From sequence record OQ718158.1: a stretch of 64,000 nucleotides of DNA; one strand, 5' to 3'. The DNA is from Escherichia phage vB_Ec-M-J. Positions 9,013 to 19,298 of the stretch are shown here, piece by piece (positions within the stretch are counted from its first letter, which is position 1; the number at the start of each line of letters is the position of its first letter). Both the position numbers and the translations under genes were made by a program. The notes beneath the pieces were generated by a model. The model made no database searches. It was not told the DNA's origin and was given only the letters and a program-made list of their open reading frames with translations.

Positions 9013-9455
9013 GTTATGAAAGTGCACTAAAAAAGGCTAATGATATTCTACGCGTTGTTCAGTTCTTAAAGGACTATCCTGATTATGTAGATGATGAACG
9101 AAGAGAAGTTTCTAATGGCACGAAGATTACAATTGATTCTTTATTTGACACTAGCAACGACAACTGTAGTACTATTGAATTAGCATACGATTATATTTCA
9201 TTGAACAGAAAATATGATGAAGTTACGATAGAGCGTCATGAGAATGAAGAATCTTTTAAAATTTCTGATATTTTATCTCTGAGTACAGAAGAAGGGTACT
9301 TCCAGGGAAGTACTGTTTATAATGAAGGAACACTTGACAATCTATGTACATTTAGTGTACTATATCAGAAGTCAGTACTGGATATATTTTATCTAGACAC
9401 TGAAAAACTTGATAGGTTAGTTGATTTCGTTACTATAGAAGAGGCATCCTTTTGA
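9009..9455 (+). CDS. hypothetical protein, family A
   Basis: N-terminus MSYESALKKAND; motif EEGYFQGSTVY. Confidence 0.65.
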   Translation: MSYESALKKANDILRVVQFLKDYPDYVDDERREVSNGTKITIDSLFDTSNDNCSTIELAYDYISLNRKYDEVTIERHENEESFKISDILSLSTEEGYFQGSTVYNEGTLDNLCTFSVLYQKSVLDIFYLDTEKLDRLVDFVTIEEASF

Positions 9456-9985
9456 GAAAAATTAACATTAATGATTATGATGCATTACAAGATTTATCAA
9501 AAAAGATTCGCACTATCGTACCAGTACTGAAAAAATGCAGTACTGGATTAATTGATCCTAGTACAGTTATTAGTGAGAAGTACGATTTCCATAAACTGTT
9601 ACAAGGGAATGGTGCATTCCAGAAGTGTGAGATACGTGAGAAACACGTCATTGATACATCATTGCTTTCAATTGGTTCAGCCGTTCATAAGAATGTTGTA
9701 TACCTTGAATCCAGATCTGAAACTATTCGACAGATGACTTTTAAGAAAAAGTGTACTGAAATTGACGTGTACACTATGATATGGGGTTATCCAGAGTTAT
9801 ATCGTACTATTAATATTCCTAAGTACAATTACAATTCATTTGAAGAACAGTGCTTTCAACTATCTTGTACTGATCCTGACTATGCTATTATTCAGTTCTA
9901 TATGGAATTACAGATGGCATTTAACAGTAATTTAAATATCAATTTATTAAAGGTTGATTTCGATGAAGTATTCAAAAACATTTAA
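9452..9985 (+). CDS. hypothetical protein, family A
   Basis: TTG start overlapping the upstream TGA, GAAGAGG RBS; motif EEQCFQLSCT. Confidence 0.55.
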   Translation: MRKININDYDALQDLSKKIRTIVPVLKKCSTGLIDPSTVISEKYDFHKLLQGNGAFQKCEIREKHVIDTSLLSIGSAVHKNVVYLESRSETIRQMTFKKKCTEIDVYTMIWGYPELYRTINIPKYNYNSFEEQCFQLSCTDPDYAIIQFYMELQMAFNSNLNINLLKVDFDEVFKNI

Positions 9986-10181
9986 TCGAATTGAATACAT
10001 GAGAACTGTGAGTGCAGTGTGGGACATATGGTTCACTACTAAACCAAAAATGGATTACCATGACTTTAAGCTATTGTTCTTCGTTGGCTCTAACAAACAG
10101 GATGTTGCAATGAAGGGTTATATTCAGCACTTACAGGAACTAATCCAGAAGAGAATATATGAAAATAATAGACCAAGATGA
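9954..10181 (+). CDS. hypothetical small protein
   Basis: 75-aa ORF; weak similarity to the next small ORF. Confidence 0.45.
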   Translation: MISMKYSKTFNRIEYMRTVSAVWDIWFTTKPKMDYHDFKLLFFVGSNKQDVAMKGYIQHLQELIQKRIYENNRPR

Positions 10182-10350
10182 TATTGCTAAACTATTCAAT
10201 ATATATTCTTCTAAAATGATGCAAACCGACTCATATAGTACTGAATTCAAAGAATTAAAAGTACTGATGTATTTGGGCACACAGTATCAGGAACAAGTTG
10301 TTAAAGAATATATTGATTCTTTACAGAAGGATATCCGTTATGTACAATGA
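10159..10350 (+). CDS. hypothetical small protein
   Basis: 63-aa ORF. Confidence 0.45.
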   Translation: MKIIDQDDIAKLFNIYSSKMMQTDSYSTEFKELKVLMYLGTQYQEQVVKEYIDSLQKDIRYVQ

Positions 10351-10894
10351 ACTTGACTTAGCATTTGAGCGTGTAAAAATCTTCATTGAAACTTATCTTA
10401 TGCATGAAACTATACTGAAAACAAAAGGAATATGGTTCACTGATAAATTTCTTACTATGGCTATGAGAGGTGGAATGAAACATCTGTACTGCACAGATAA
10501 TGCAAGAATTTCAGTACTGAATTATGATGAAAGTGTAGCATCCAGTACCAGTTTAATTTCTACATACAATGATAATGTTATTAGTATTATGTGCAATATG
10601 AATGTCCCATCTATTTCTGTATATAAAAACTGTGATAGTTCATTGGAGTACAAGATTGAGCAGTACTTATATCCTAACACAGAAGAAAACATCTTTCAAA
10701 ATAGTCTTATGTGGGATGATACATCTACTAAGTGCATATATCTTTATAATAAATTAAAAGAGTACATTGTTGATAGTTCAATTAGTACTGCTGTATTCAG
10801 TGTTACTGTTTTTAATGATAATCGTGAAGATATGAGTTATTACAGAGACATTGTAAGAATACATGCAATGTATAAGGATCTACTATGTTATTAA
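10340..10894 (+). CDS. hypothetical protein, family A
   Basis: ATG 10340 after AGAAGGA; motif EENIFQNSLMW. Confidence 0.6.
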   Translation: MYNELDLAFERVKIFIETYLMHETILKTKGIWFTDKFLTMAMRGGMKHLYCTDNARISVLNYDESVASSTSLISTYNDNVISIMCNMNVPSISVYKNCDSSLEYKIEQYLYPNTEENIFQNSLMWDDTSTKCIYLYNKLKEYIVDSSISTAVFSVTVFNDNREDMSYYRDIVRIHAMYKDLLCY

Positions 10895-11487
10895 ATGCAA
10901 ATAAATGTTGTAGTACTGAGGTTCATTTGTATTTTAAGAAATTAGTAAATGATATTATCTATATGCAAGAAATCATTTATCACAAAAGAATGGACTTAGA
11001 AAAAGCATTAGTTCAGTTCTCTTTTAATCTCGATGGTGATATATCGTTAGATGGTGATGGATTGCGTATAGCATTTGACGGTAATACAAATAGGGTTTTC
11101 TTTTGGATAGATAATAAATTATGTTCATCAATATGTCGTACTTTTTATAACCCTATTTCGGACTTATATCAATTGGTGTATTCTAAAGGTGCAGTTGAAG
11201 CATCATACGGTGATAGCTTTGCACTAGGGAAGAGTATCCCATATATGCAATCATTTGATATTGAATTAGTCAGTACTGATGAAGATGCAATGTTCACAAA
11301 TGATATAACAATGCAGCGTGAATCTGCAATGAGATATATTACAAATTCTATGCATACATTCTTCGAAAGAGCAGAATTTGATAATGTGTACATAGCAAAT
11401 GTAAATATTTTTACTGACCTTTGTCAGTTCTTGAGAAGTATTTTTGATTTCGATGAAAGCTATTGTAAGCTTTATACTGAGGTTTAA
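10885..11487 (+). CDS. hypothetical protein (possibly degenerate family A)
   Basis: 200-aa ORF; weak motif DAMFTNDITMQ. Confidence 0.5.
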   Translation: MLLNANKCCSTEVHLYFKKLVNDIIYMQEIIYHKRMDLEKALVQFSFNLDGDISLDGDGLRIAFDGNTNRVFFWIDNKLCSSICRTFYNPISDLYQLVYSKGAVEASYGDSFALGKSIPYMQSFDIELVSTDEDAMFTNDITMQRESAMRYITNSMHTFFERAEFDNVYIANVNIFTDLCQFLRSIFDFDESYCKLYTEV

Positions 11488-11492
11488 ATGCC

Positions 11493-11852
11493 ATGAATAC
11501 CATTAGTATTACGTACTACACAACGAAAAAATACGTTTGTTGTTTACTTTCATTAAAGACAAATGATGATATGTTTGAAATGGCGGCATATACATTAGGA
11601 TTATCCGAGGATGGTTTTCAATGTCATGAAGCGTACTCAAATACACGTGAAGATACAATTGATACTACTTTAATGCAAGAAGATGAGTTGTTTCAAGAAA
11701 GTTTAGTATGGGATAAAAAATACTATTGTGATTTTGATTTTCTTTGTTTAATCCAGAAAGAAATGAAAAGGATCTTCGACAATTATCCGGTGAAGAGATT
11801 GAGTACTAAGCCGGAGCAGTACAGGAGAATTTTATTCCGTTATGAAGACTGA
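11493..11852 (+). CDS. hypothetical protein, family A (ELFQESL subfamily)
   Basis: motif EDELFQESLVWDKKY. Confidence 0.65.
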   Translation: MNTISITYYTTKKYVCCLLSLKTNDDMFEMAAYTLGLSEDGFQCHEAYSNTREDTIDTTLMQEDELFQESLVWDKKYYCDFDFLCLIQKEMKRIFDNYPVKRLSTKPEQYRRILFRYED

Positions 11853-12180
11853 ATTAGTAAAAATAATGTACGCAACTCACACCAAGTTATTATTGGTTAA
11901 AATGGATTACAACAGAAAACATAATGAATTCTGTACATTAATCCGAAATGAGGAATCATTTACATTGCGTACAAATGATAAGCCAATGCTAACTATAAAT
12001 GATTTTTCAGGTTTAGATACAGGTGAATTGTTTCAGGAGTCATTAGTACTGGATAGTAGTATACATTTGGAAATTGAAGTACTACAACAGTACCAGATAC
12101 TTTTGAATCGTATTATGGAAAATTATCCATGTGAAGTTGGTGGACCAATGCAATTCAAATCAAAGATGTATGAACTATGA
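11842..12180 (+). CDS. hypothetical protein, family A (ELFQESL subfamily)
   Basis: motif TGELFQESLVLD. Confidence 0.65.
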   Translation: MKTELVKIMYATHTKLLLVKMDYNRKHNEFCTLIRNEESFTLRTNDKPMLTINDFSGLDTGELFQESLVLDSSIHLEIEVLQQYQILLNRIMENYPCEVGGPMQFKSKMYEL

Positions 12181-12187
12181 GGTTAGT

Positions 12188-12721
12188 ATGTTAGATAAAA
12201 TAAAGAACGAGGGAACTCTATACAATCATCTTAAGTTGGATACGTTCGAGGCAGCAATCAGTACTGCACAAGATATAATTGATATTATCAAGTACATTAA
12301 AGAAAATAAGTTAAAATGTGTGAAAACGCCAGAACGTACAATGTACAAAGATGACGACCTTCACGTATCAGTTGTTAAGCCAAAAGATAAGGATGGTAAT
12401 AGAGATTTCTATAATAACAGTGCACAGTATGAATGTGAATATGATCCCGAATTTAGAGGTGGATTCATGTGCTTCAGTAAAACAGATACTTCACATGTTG
12501 AGATACGTACATTAAAAGGTCTAGGTAGATTTGAGTTCATGGATATAGAACTAAATGAAGAAAACTACTTCCAACAATCATTACTTAATACTGAATACAA
12601 TTTAGGTGTACTATTCATGTACAAGTACTTATATGAGCACTTAAATGAAGACTTCTATCTGGACTTAGAAGATTACCATTTAGTATGGAAAGAAATGGTA
12701 GAACTTCGTGAGAACTCTTGA
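12188..12721 (+). CDS. hypothetical protein, family A
   Basis: ATG 12188 with GAGG RBS 12179-12182; motif EENYFQQSLL. Confidence 0.65.
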   Translation: MLDKIKNEGTLYNHLKLDTFEAAISTAQDIIDIIKYIKENKLKCVKTPERTMYKDDDLHVSVVKPKDKDGNRDFYNNSAQYECEYDPEFRGGFMCFSKTDTSHVEIRTLKGLGRFEFMDIELNEENYFQQSLLNTEYNLGVLFMYKYLYEHLNEDFYLDLEDYHLVWKEMVELRENS

Positions 12722-12747
12722 CACCCTCCAAATCTTTGTGATATAAT
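12718..12747 (+). promoter_or_regulatory. sigma70-like promoter (TTGACA-N18-TGATATAAT)
   Basis: -35 TTGACA 12718-12723, extended -10 TGATATAAT ending 12747, 34 nt upstream of the gene at 12781. Confidence 0.6.
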
Positions 12748-12780
12748 CTCTTTATATTAATTGTAAAGGGTTATATCACA

Positions 12781-13263
12781 ATGTCCAAAGACCTATCATT
12801 TAGCAATGCACAAAAAATCGCACAAAATATCATTAAACTTCATAAGTTCCTTTTAACAGTTAAAGAGAATATAATTCTCCCACGATGCACACTTTATGCG
12901 TACAAAAATTATTTGTCAATGAATAGCAATTTGTTGCATACTACAGATGAGAATTTCTGTGGTATTCGTGTACTTGACGATGCACCAACAGGGGATTTTA
13001 TCTCATATTGTTTCCATACATCTGATAGTTTTAAGTACTATCATCCTAGATTTAATGATGATGAATATGAATATGACACATTTAATGTTAGATCAGAAGA
13101 AGAATTCTTCCAGTACAGTACTTTGTACAATGAGAGAATCGTGTTTAGTTCTACAATTTTTACAGTACTTAAAGATGAACTCAATGACGCAGATGATAGA
13201 TTCTATATGGATTTAAACTTCGTAGATGAAATCATTGAGTACATGGAGAAAAATGGTCTATGA
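12781..13263 (+). CDS. hypothetical protein, family A
   Basis: motif SEEEFFQYSTLY. Confidence 0.7.
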   Translation: MSKDLSFSNAQKIAQNIIKLHKFLLTVKENIILPRCTLYAYKNYLSMNSNLLHTTDENFCGIRVLDDAPTGDFISYCFHTSDSFKYYHPRFNDDEYEYDTFNVRSEEEFFQYSTLYNERIVFSSTIFTVLKDELNDADDRFYMDLNFVDEIIEYMEKNGL

Positions 13264-13742
13264 TTACAACAGAATATGATTACGATGGTGTTTTAGAATT
13301 TGCATCTAACATTCATCGCATTGCAAAGGAGTTCAGAAGTCCCCAACCTTTCGGTGGAATGCCTTTTGGTGGAATGTTCCAATATGACCAATTCAGTTCA
13401 ACCAAAGGAAGACTTGCCTTTAAAAATAATAAGGGCAATCAAGTATATGCTGAGTTCTTTGACGATAATGACTTTCACTACAGAGCTGAATATATTTCAT
13501 ATTGCCAAGGGTCTGATTTGAAGATTAACATTGATACATTTAGAGATTCAGTGTTTATCCCTTATAGTGAGTTAGTTTTCATGACAGAAGAAATGTACTT
13601 CCAAGGGTCTTGTATTCATGATGCAAAAGTACTTAATGCTATATTACTTTATGGTGCACTACTTCATCATTACAAATACAAACAACGATTCTTTATAGAT
13701 TTAGTTGTATACCATCAATGCGTGGATTATTTGAATGCATAA
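13260..13742 (+). CDS. hypothetical protein, family A
   Basis: motif TEEMYFQGSCIH. Confidence 0.65.
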   Translation: MITTEYDYDGVLEFASNIHRIAKEFRSPQPFGGMPFGGMFQYDQFSSTKGRLAFKNNKGNQVYAEFFDDNDFHYRAEYISYCQGSDLKINIDTFRDSVFIPYSELVFMTEEMYFQGSCIHDAKVLNAILLYGALLHHYKYKQRFFIDLVVYHQCVDYLNA

Positions 13743-14097
13743 TACAACAACAATTCAGTACATGACGGATGGCAATGATTGCTTTGCTTCAAGATATGAA
13801 TTCATCAAGAACCATTTTGTAACCTATATCCCTGAATATAATCAGTTTTATCTACAGATTTACCAAAATGATTCATATATGAATGAGATATATTCTGAAA
13901 TAAAAATCCCTGATTATAGTACTTTATCAGAAGAGGAATTGTTTCAGGAGAGCACTGTCAATACTGAAGATGTGTACGAACTAATGGAATACCAGAAGGT
14001 ACTTAAATATTTCCATGAAGTTCAGGATATACAAATGGATAGTGTTAAAACGTGGAATTATAACACATACGAGGTAAATTATGTTCGAAATGATTAA
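13735..14097 (+). CDS. hypothetical protein, family A (ELFQESL subfamily)
   Basis: motif EEELFQESTV. Confidence 0.65.
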   Translation: MHNTTTIQYMTDGNDCFASRYEFIKNHFVTYIPEYNQFYLQIYQNDSYMNEIYSEIKIPDYSTLSEEELFQESTVNTEDVYELMEYQKVLKYFHEVQDIQMDSVKTWNYNTYEVNYVRND

Positions 14098-14494
14098 AAT
14101 TATGCAACGATGCATTGTTGACCAACATGGAATATATGGATATAGTTTAAGTGCAGCTATTGACAAAAACAAAACAACCTATGTAAGCTATAATTCAGTA
14201 CTTGGATTTGATATATTCATTGATGCCAACAATAAAATCAAACAAGCCAAGGATGTATCTATAATGACCCCTGATGAGCTATTTCAGTACAGCTTAGTTC
14301 TGCCCACCTGTATTGATTTACAACGCCTAGGAGCTATACAGAAGGTTTTACGCGAACATAAAGTACAACCAAATAAAATTACACACATTCCAGAAACATT
14401 CTACAAACCCATAGAAGTAGAAACACCTGATTATATGTTAAGTGATGATGAGTTCTACAAGAAACACTTCCCTGGTAAAGTTTGGAGAGATTAA
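14081..14494 (+). CDS. hypothetical protein, family A
   Basis: GAGG RBS; motif PDELFQYSLV. Confidence 0.6.
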   Translation: MFEMIKIMQRCIVDQHGIYGYSLSAAIDKNKTTYVSYNSVLGFDIFIDANNKIKQAKDVSIMTPDELFQYSLVLPTCIDLQRLGAIQKVLREHKVQPNKITHIPETFYKPIEVETPDYMLSDDEFYKKHFPGKVWRD

Positions 14495-14976
14495 TGAACC
14501 GAAAGTACAGAGAAACTATGAAGTTCGCTAAGGAGTGTTTAGAGACAGTTGATTTCATTTTCGATAACAAAGACTCATTGGGTCGCCACTTCGTAATTAC
14601 AAAGAAAGAAGATAAGAGATACAAATGTCAACGATTAGGATACAGTATTGAGTTCTCCTTAATGATTGATGGCATGATAAACTCCTTATATGAATGTGGT
14701 AAGACTGATTACATTTCATTTAGATCTTGGAGTGAACGTGTCATGTTCTTGACTCCAAATGGAGTTGTATATCCTTTTCTTGATGATTTATCAGAAGAAA
14801 GTTACTTTCAAAATAGTTTAATTTACACAGAAAAAGAACTCAAAATGCTATTCATTATGTCGTACTTTAAAAAGTACTGCAATTTTAAATCATTATCTTT
14901 TGAGATCTCTGCAATGAAAGTATTCATTAAAAATGTAAAAGAATTAAAGAGGATTTACGATGTACATAGAAAATGA
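14494..14976 (+). CDS. hypothetical protein, family A
   Basis: ATG 14494 overlapping upstream TAA, GGAGAG RBS; motif EESYFQNSLIY ... IMSYFKKY. Confidence 0.6.
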   Translation: MNRKYRETMKFAKECLETVDFIFDNKDSLGRHFVITKKEDKRYKCQRLGYSIEFSLMIDGMINSLYECGKTDYISFRSWSERVMFLTPNGVVYPFLDDLSEESYFQNSLIYTEKELKMLFIMSYFKKYCNFKSLSFEISAMKVFIKNVKELKRIYDVHRK

Positions 14977-15502
14977 TAATGTAAAATGCATTGCCGACAT
15001 TTGTATAAAATTAATGAAAATTTTCATTAACCCAAAATACAAGACTCGTTCTTTACGTCATAATATTGATGATCATTGTGTAATTACTATTCTAGGTAGT
15101 ATGCTTGATGTAAAGTACGATGGTAAATTGTTATTCGGTGTCCGAGAAGAGAAGATAGATGATGTCTTCTTTTCTCCTAAAGATAAGTTTGAACCTTCTG
15201 ATTATAAAGTAATTATTCGTGATGATAGTATCTACATTAGTAGTGACTATTCAAATTACGTCGAACAGATATACACTGAAAATGTTGACTACAACCATGA
15301 ACTACTAGATTTACCAACATCAGACATAGATATGGAGAGAATCAAATTTTCATTATCAAATAATGAGTACTTAGGTATACAAACATATTATGCACTTCAG
15401 GGAAAGATTCCACCTGCGATGTATATAAGAATTGAGATTGGTAATGTATTCAGTGATACGGTTATATCAATTGCTGATAAAATATTGAAGGTACAATTAT
15501 GA
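14960..15502 (+). CDS. hypothetical protein
   Basis: 180-aa ORF; AGAGGA RBS; family motif not evident. Confidence 0.5.
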   Translation: MYIENDNVKCIADICIKLMKIFINPKYKTRSLRHNIDDHCVITILGSMLDVKYDGKLLFGVREEKIDDVFFSPKDKFEPSDYKVIIRDDSIYISSDYSNYVEQIYTENVDYNHELLDLPTSDIDMERIKFSLSNNEYLGIQTYYALQGKIPPAMYIRIEIGNVFSDTVISIADKILKVQL

Positions 15503-16056
15503 ATTTTACTAATTATAATTTACATAGACTTGAATTACGTCATTGTATTGCATTTGCAAAAACATTAATGTGCATCATTGATACACTATCATCTAAAACT
15601 TTTCGAAAGGATAATGATTTATGCCTTAAAAAAGGTAAAGTACAAAAATACGATTATACAGATGAAACGTATTTTGATATCTTTTTGGGAACAAATGATA
15701 GTACAAGAGTAGGATGTTTGGGAACAGTTGGAACACATTGCTTTACATGGAATCCAAATTCAAGTAAAGTACGAATTGACACCAACGATACATGTTATGC
15801 TGACCTTAGTACTGAATCTGATTTAGAATCAGTTATGTTCCAACACATGTTAATTCATAAACCAAATGAAATTCTTTATCTTGTTGCTTTTAGTTATCTC
15901 TTACAAAATTATAAATCAGGTTTTACTATTGAAACTGATATCGATGAGATTATGGATGAGATTCCTAGTTTAAAAGATATTCTTGAAGAAAAAGATTTCT
16001 ATCAGGACTTTAGAGATTTATACAACATGCACAGGGAGTTATCTGATAATGAATAA
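15499..16056 (+). CDS. hypothetical protein, family A
   Basis: motif ESVMFQHMLIH. Confidence 0.55.
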   Translation: MNFTNYNLHRLELRHCIAFAKTLMCIIDTLSSKTFRKDNDLCLKKGKVQKYDYTDETYFDIFLGTNDSTRVGCLGTVGTHCFTWNPNSSKVRIDTNDTCYADLSTESDLESVMFQHMLIHKPNEILYLVAFSYLLQNYKSGFTIETDIDEIMDEIPSLKDILEEKDFYQDFRDLYNMHRELSDNE

Positions 16057-16567
16057 AGATGATATTCTAATCAGACTAATCAACAGTCTGTTAAAATTCG
16101 TGAATAGTGATAGTGATACACACAATGTAGGTGACATTGAATTCAAATCATTTGGAATGTACGGTGAGGACAAAACATATTATGCATCAATGAAATTCCA
16201 AGATTATTATGAAATGTTAATTGCGTTAACATACGAAGATGTGGACCCAAGATGGAGTTCCAGTATTTCTCTGTCGAGAATGGTAATTCGTAGTAAACAT
16301 CGTTACATTTCGTCAAAGAATACTCCTAATTTGTTTGATATTGTTTTGAATGAAAATACCAACCCCCCATCTAAACATGATATCGTACCTTTAACTGATG
16401 AAGTACAGTTTCAATTGAGTACCATTTGTGATGAAGATGTGATATCATGTATGAAAATTTACGAGAAGATTGGTAGTGATATCCCTAAGAACTATTACAT
16501 AACAATAGATGGAACGTACCTCCGAGATGAGGCTCTAGCGTACATTGACAGCGTTTTACCAAAATAA
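16049..16567 (+). CDS. hypothetical protein, family A
   Basis: ATG 16049 overlapping upstream stop; motif DEVQFQLSTI. Confidence 0.55.
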   Translation: MNKDDILIRLINSLLKFVNSDSDTHNVGDIEFKSFGMYGEDKTYYASMKFQDYYEMLIALTYEDVDPRWSSSISLSRMVIRSKHRYISSKNTPNLFDIVLNENTNPPSKHDIVPLTDEVQFQLSTICDEDVISCMKIYEKIGSDIPKNYYITIDGTYLRDEALAYIDSVLPK

Positions 16568-16590
16568 AGACCCTTATGGGTCTTTTTGTG
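16568..16590 (+). terminator. rho-independent terminator
   Basis: hairpin AGACCC-ttat-GGGTCT followed by a T-run. Confidence 0.65.
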
Positions 16591-16598
16591 TTTAGTGC

Positions 16599-16627
16599 TT
16601 TACATGAGCATTCAGGTGTGTTATAAT
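16599..16627 (+). promoter_or_regulatory. sigma70-like promoter
   Basis: -35 TTTACA, 17-nt spacer, extended -10 TGTTATAAT; 28 nt upstream of the gene at 16655. Confidence 0.5.
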
Positions 16628-16654
16628 CGCTTTTAACAGAGTACAGGAGAAGAT

Positions 16655-17218
16655 ATGAGTACTGAATTAATTAAAGAAATCACATTGTTGGTAAAGCATT
16701 GTTTTAAGTTCATTGATGATAATGGTTCACGCCAGTACATTAAAGTTAATGAGAAATATAACATTAACGTCCTAAAGAATGAAACCGTTAACAGTTATGC
16801 AAACATTGAGTTAGATGTTGAGGACAAATACACAGCATTACACATCATTTCGTCCGGCGATAGAAAACAAGATTATCGTTCTACATTTTATGATGATAGT
16901 GTTACTGTTGGTTATAAATTTCATAAAAATAAAATTGCCTATAAGAATACATACACACATGAAGTAATTGAAGAGTACAATTATAAAATTAAAAAAGACG
17001 AGTACGATGTACTTTTATTCAATGCGAACCTCATACACAACGCTGGTACTGTTCGCAATCTTATGTTAGCATATGAAATTCCAAAGATTATAGAAAGAAA
17101 TGAATTGATAATCTTTAAAACTATATTAAAATTCAGTACAGAAGAATTAGAAGATCTAGTACTGGCTCTTAAGACGTTCATCAATGAACATGTACCTGTT
17201 AAATTAGAGGACTTATAA
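16655..17218 (+). CDS. hypothetical protein
   Basis: 187-aa ORF; AGGAGAAG RBS; first gene after a terminator-promoter pair. Confidence 0.6.
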   Translation: MSTELIKEITLLVKHCFKFIDDNGSRQYIKVNEKYNINVLKNETVNSYANIELDVEDKYTALHIISSGDRKQDYRSTFYDDSVTVGYKFHKNKIAYKNTYTHEVIEEYNYKIKKDEYDVLLFNANLIHNAGTVRNLMLAYEIPKIIERNELIIFKTILKFSTEELEDLVLALKTFINEHVPVKLEDL

Positions 17219-17802
17219 TGCAAGCTGAACACATTCAAATTATGAAATTGATGCATGACATTGCAGAACTATCTGAAAAGCACAACATTACTGAACATGA
17301 GCCTATTGGAAATTATCGTCTTAAAGTTGAATGCAAATCACCATATCGTTTTGGTTCAGTAGTACTGGAGTCTTATAAAGTTTACGATTATGGAACGACG
17401 AAAAAAGGTTCATGGGATACTATGGCAATGTATATCCGAACATCAAGGCATAGTGAGCAAATCGGTTCCATTACTCCAAACATGATATTTGTCAATGCTT
17501 TACACGAAGATATTAATCGAATTGTTGAATCTAATTTTGATGACGTAGAGAATGATACATATTTGGAAATTCCACCAGAACTAGATCAAAGTGAAGACAT
17601 TCGTGAAGCATACATTTTCCAGAGATCAGTACTTGACAACTTCAAGGAGTTTGAGTACATGATGCTTTGCTATGAAACTGCAAAAGCTATTGACACTGGT
17701 GAATTGGTAATGTATAGTAAGTTCATTAACTGTGAATCCGATACATTAAAAGAGCTACACACGGCAATCAAAAACATCAAGGATACATATGAACGCTTAT
17801 AG
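17218..17802 (+). CDS. hypothetical protein, family A
   Basis: motif EAYIFQRSVL. Confidence 0.6.
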   Translation: MQAEHIQIMKLMHDIAELSEKHNITEHEPIGNYRLKVECKSPYRFGSVVLESYKVYDYGTTKKGSWDTMAMYIRTSRHSEQIGSITPNMIFVNALHEDINRIVESNFDDVENDTYLEIPPELDQSEDIREAYIFQRSVLDNFKEFEYMMLCYETAKAIDTGELVMYSKFINCESDTLKELHTAIKNIKDTYERL

Positions 17803-18367
17803 TTATATGACAGCCCGACACCAACAGCTATATGATATCAGTACAAAGATGCTACACATTGTTGGTAGTGCCAAAGAAATTAACAAACATTACCTCATTC
17901 GTGATGTGTCATTTTCATCTAAATGTATGTCCAAAGAATATTACGATCACGGTATTCTTACTATTTCTGGTGCCAGGAATATTTGTATTGTAAAAAATAA
18001 TAGTAAAAGTAATGAAGAGTGCGAGATTAGATCCGATATCCAAATTAATGATGATGGAAGTTTTTCACACCATCCATTTCATATTAGTACTGTTGGTGTT
18101 TTATATAATATTAAAGTACTATTCGGTGATAAAGAGTATGAGTTAAAAGCTATCAATCCAGAATCAAGTACAGTTGATGAAGAACTGTTTCAGATGAGCA
18201 CCGTTATACCTGAAGAGGTTCTTAGTACTGTTATTTTTTGTAGTTTAATTTATCACACATACAAAAAGTTCCAGTTCGATTTCCACATTTTAGGAACGTA
18301 CATCTTCAATACTTTGAATGTTGATCGTTTAAAAGCATTAAATGCAGCAATGGATAAGGTGCTATAA
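17789..18367 (+). CDS. hypothetical protein, family A
   Basis: motif DEELFQMSTVI. Confidence 0.6.
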   Translation: MNAYSYMTARHQQLYDISTKMLHIVGSAKEINKHYLIRDVSFSSKCMSKEYYDHGILTISGARNICIVKNNSKSNEECEIRSDIQINDDGSFSHHPFHISTVGVLYNIKVLFGDKEYELKAINPESSTVDEELFQMSTVIPEEVLSTVIFCSLIYHTYKKFQFDFHILGTYIFNTLNVDRLKALNAAMDKVL

Positions 18368-18795
18368 TGACAAGAGATGAATGCTTATACATATGGGATA
18401 TAATTGAAACTACACTTTCAAATCCAGAAAATTATAAAACAAAAAAAAGACAACGACACAAAATATGGATAGATTTGTTCGTTGAGGGCATACACGCAGT
18501 GACTATTTGGGATTCACCGAGGGCATCATCATCTACTCTGTTGGACAATGAATGCATTGATTGCATTAATTCCAATTTTCATCTCCACGGTACTACATAT
18601 TTCGGCACATTTCTGGATATTGAAAGTAAAGATGATATTGATTCACTTGCGTTACAATACCAAGTACTGTATGATACTAAATTAATTTACGATTTAGTAC
18701 TAGCTTCTTATGTGTATAAATTAATGATGAAATATAATCATATTTCAGTTTCAGTTTATACTAAGGATATTCTTTCATTAAGAGACAAAACATGA
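18367..18795 (+). CDS. hypothetical protein
   Basis: 142-aa ORF; no clear family motif. Confidence 0.5.
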   Translation: MTRDECLYIWDIIETTLSNPENYKTKKRQRHKIWIDLFVEGIHAVTIWDSPRASSSTLLDNECIDCINSNFHLHGTTYFGTFLDIESKDDIDSLALQYQVLYDTKLIYDLVLASYVYKLMMKYNHISVSVYTKDILSLRDKT

Positions 18796-19298
18796 GTTTA
18801 TTAAATGCACGAGAATTAGTTGAGATGTATGAGATCTTATCTTCATATAAAAATTCCCCAAAAGATGTAATTCTCAACAAAAAGTTCCATGTCAATGTTG
18901 ATCATATGAAAAATATAGATATGATTTCTTTAGTGGAAAGTCGTAAATCGGGTCTTGAGCGTGATATCATGCGTTTGATTTATATTAACAAACCATCATA
19001 TACTAATGATAGTTCAATTAGTAATGAGACGTTTTTGTACACTCCTTATACTGATTGTACTTTAGTTTCAATGTCTAATCAGAAACAAGATACTATCCAA
19101 TTCATCAATACCAGTACTGATAACATTGAAGAAAATGAATTCCAAAACAATACATTAAGTTCATGTAGTAGTGTTATAACCTTTATGTCATATCTGTGGT
19201 CAATCAAATCAAATGCAATTGTATATAGTTCTAATTACACACAAGATAGTATTGTTGAATCATTTAAAGTTCTAAAGGAATACTATGAAAATAACTAA
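18792..19298 (+). CDS. hypothetical protein, family A
   Basis: motif EENEFQNNTL. Confidence 0.55.
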   Translation: MSLLNARELVEMYEILSSYKNSPKDVILNKKFHVNVDHMKNIDMISLVESRKSGLERDIMRLIYINKPSYTNDSSISNETFLYTPYTDCTLVSMSNQKQDTIQFINTSTDNIEENEFQNNTLSSCSSVITFMSYLWSIKSNAIVYSSNYTQDSIVESFKVLKEYYENN

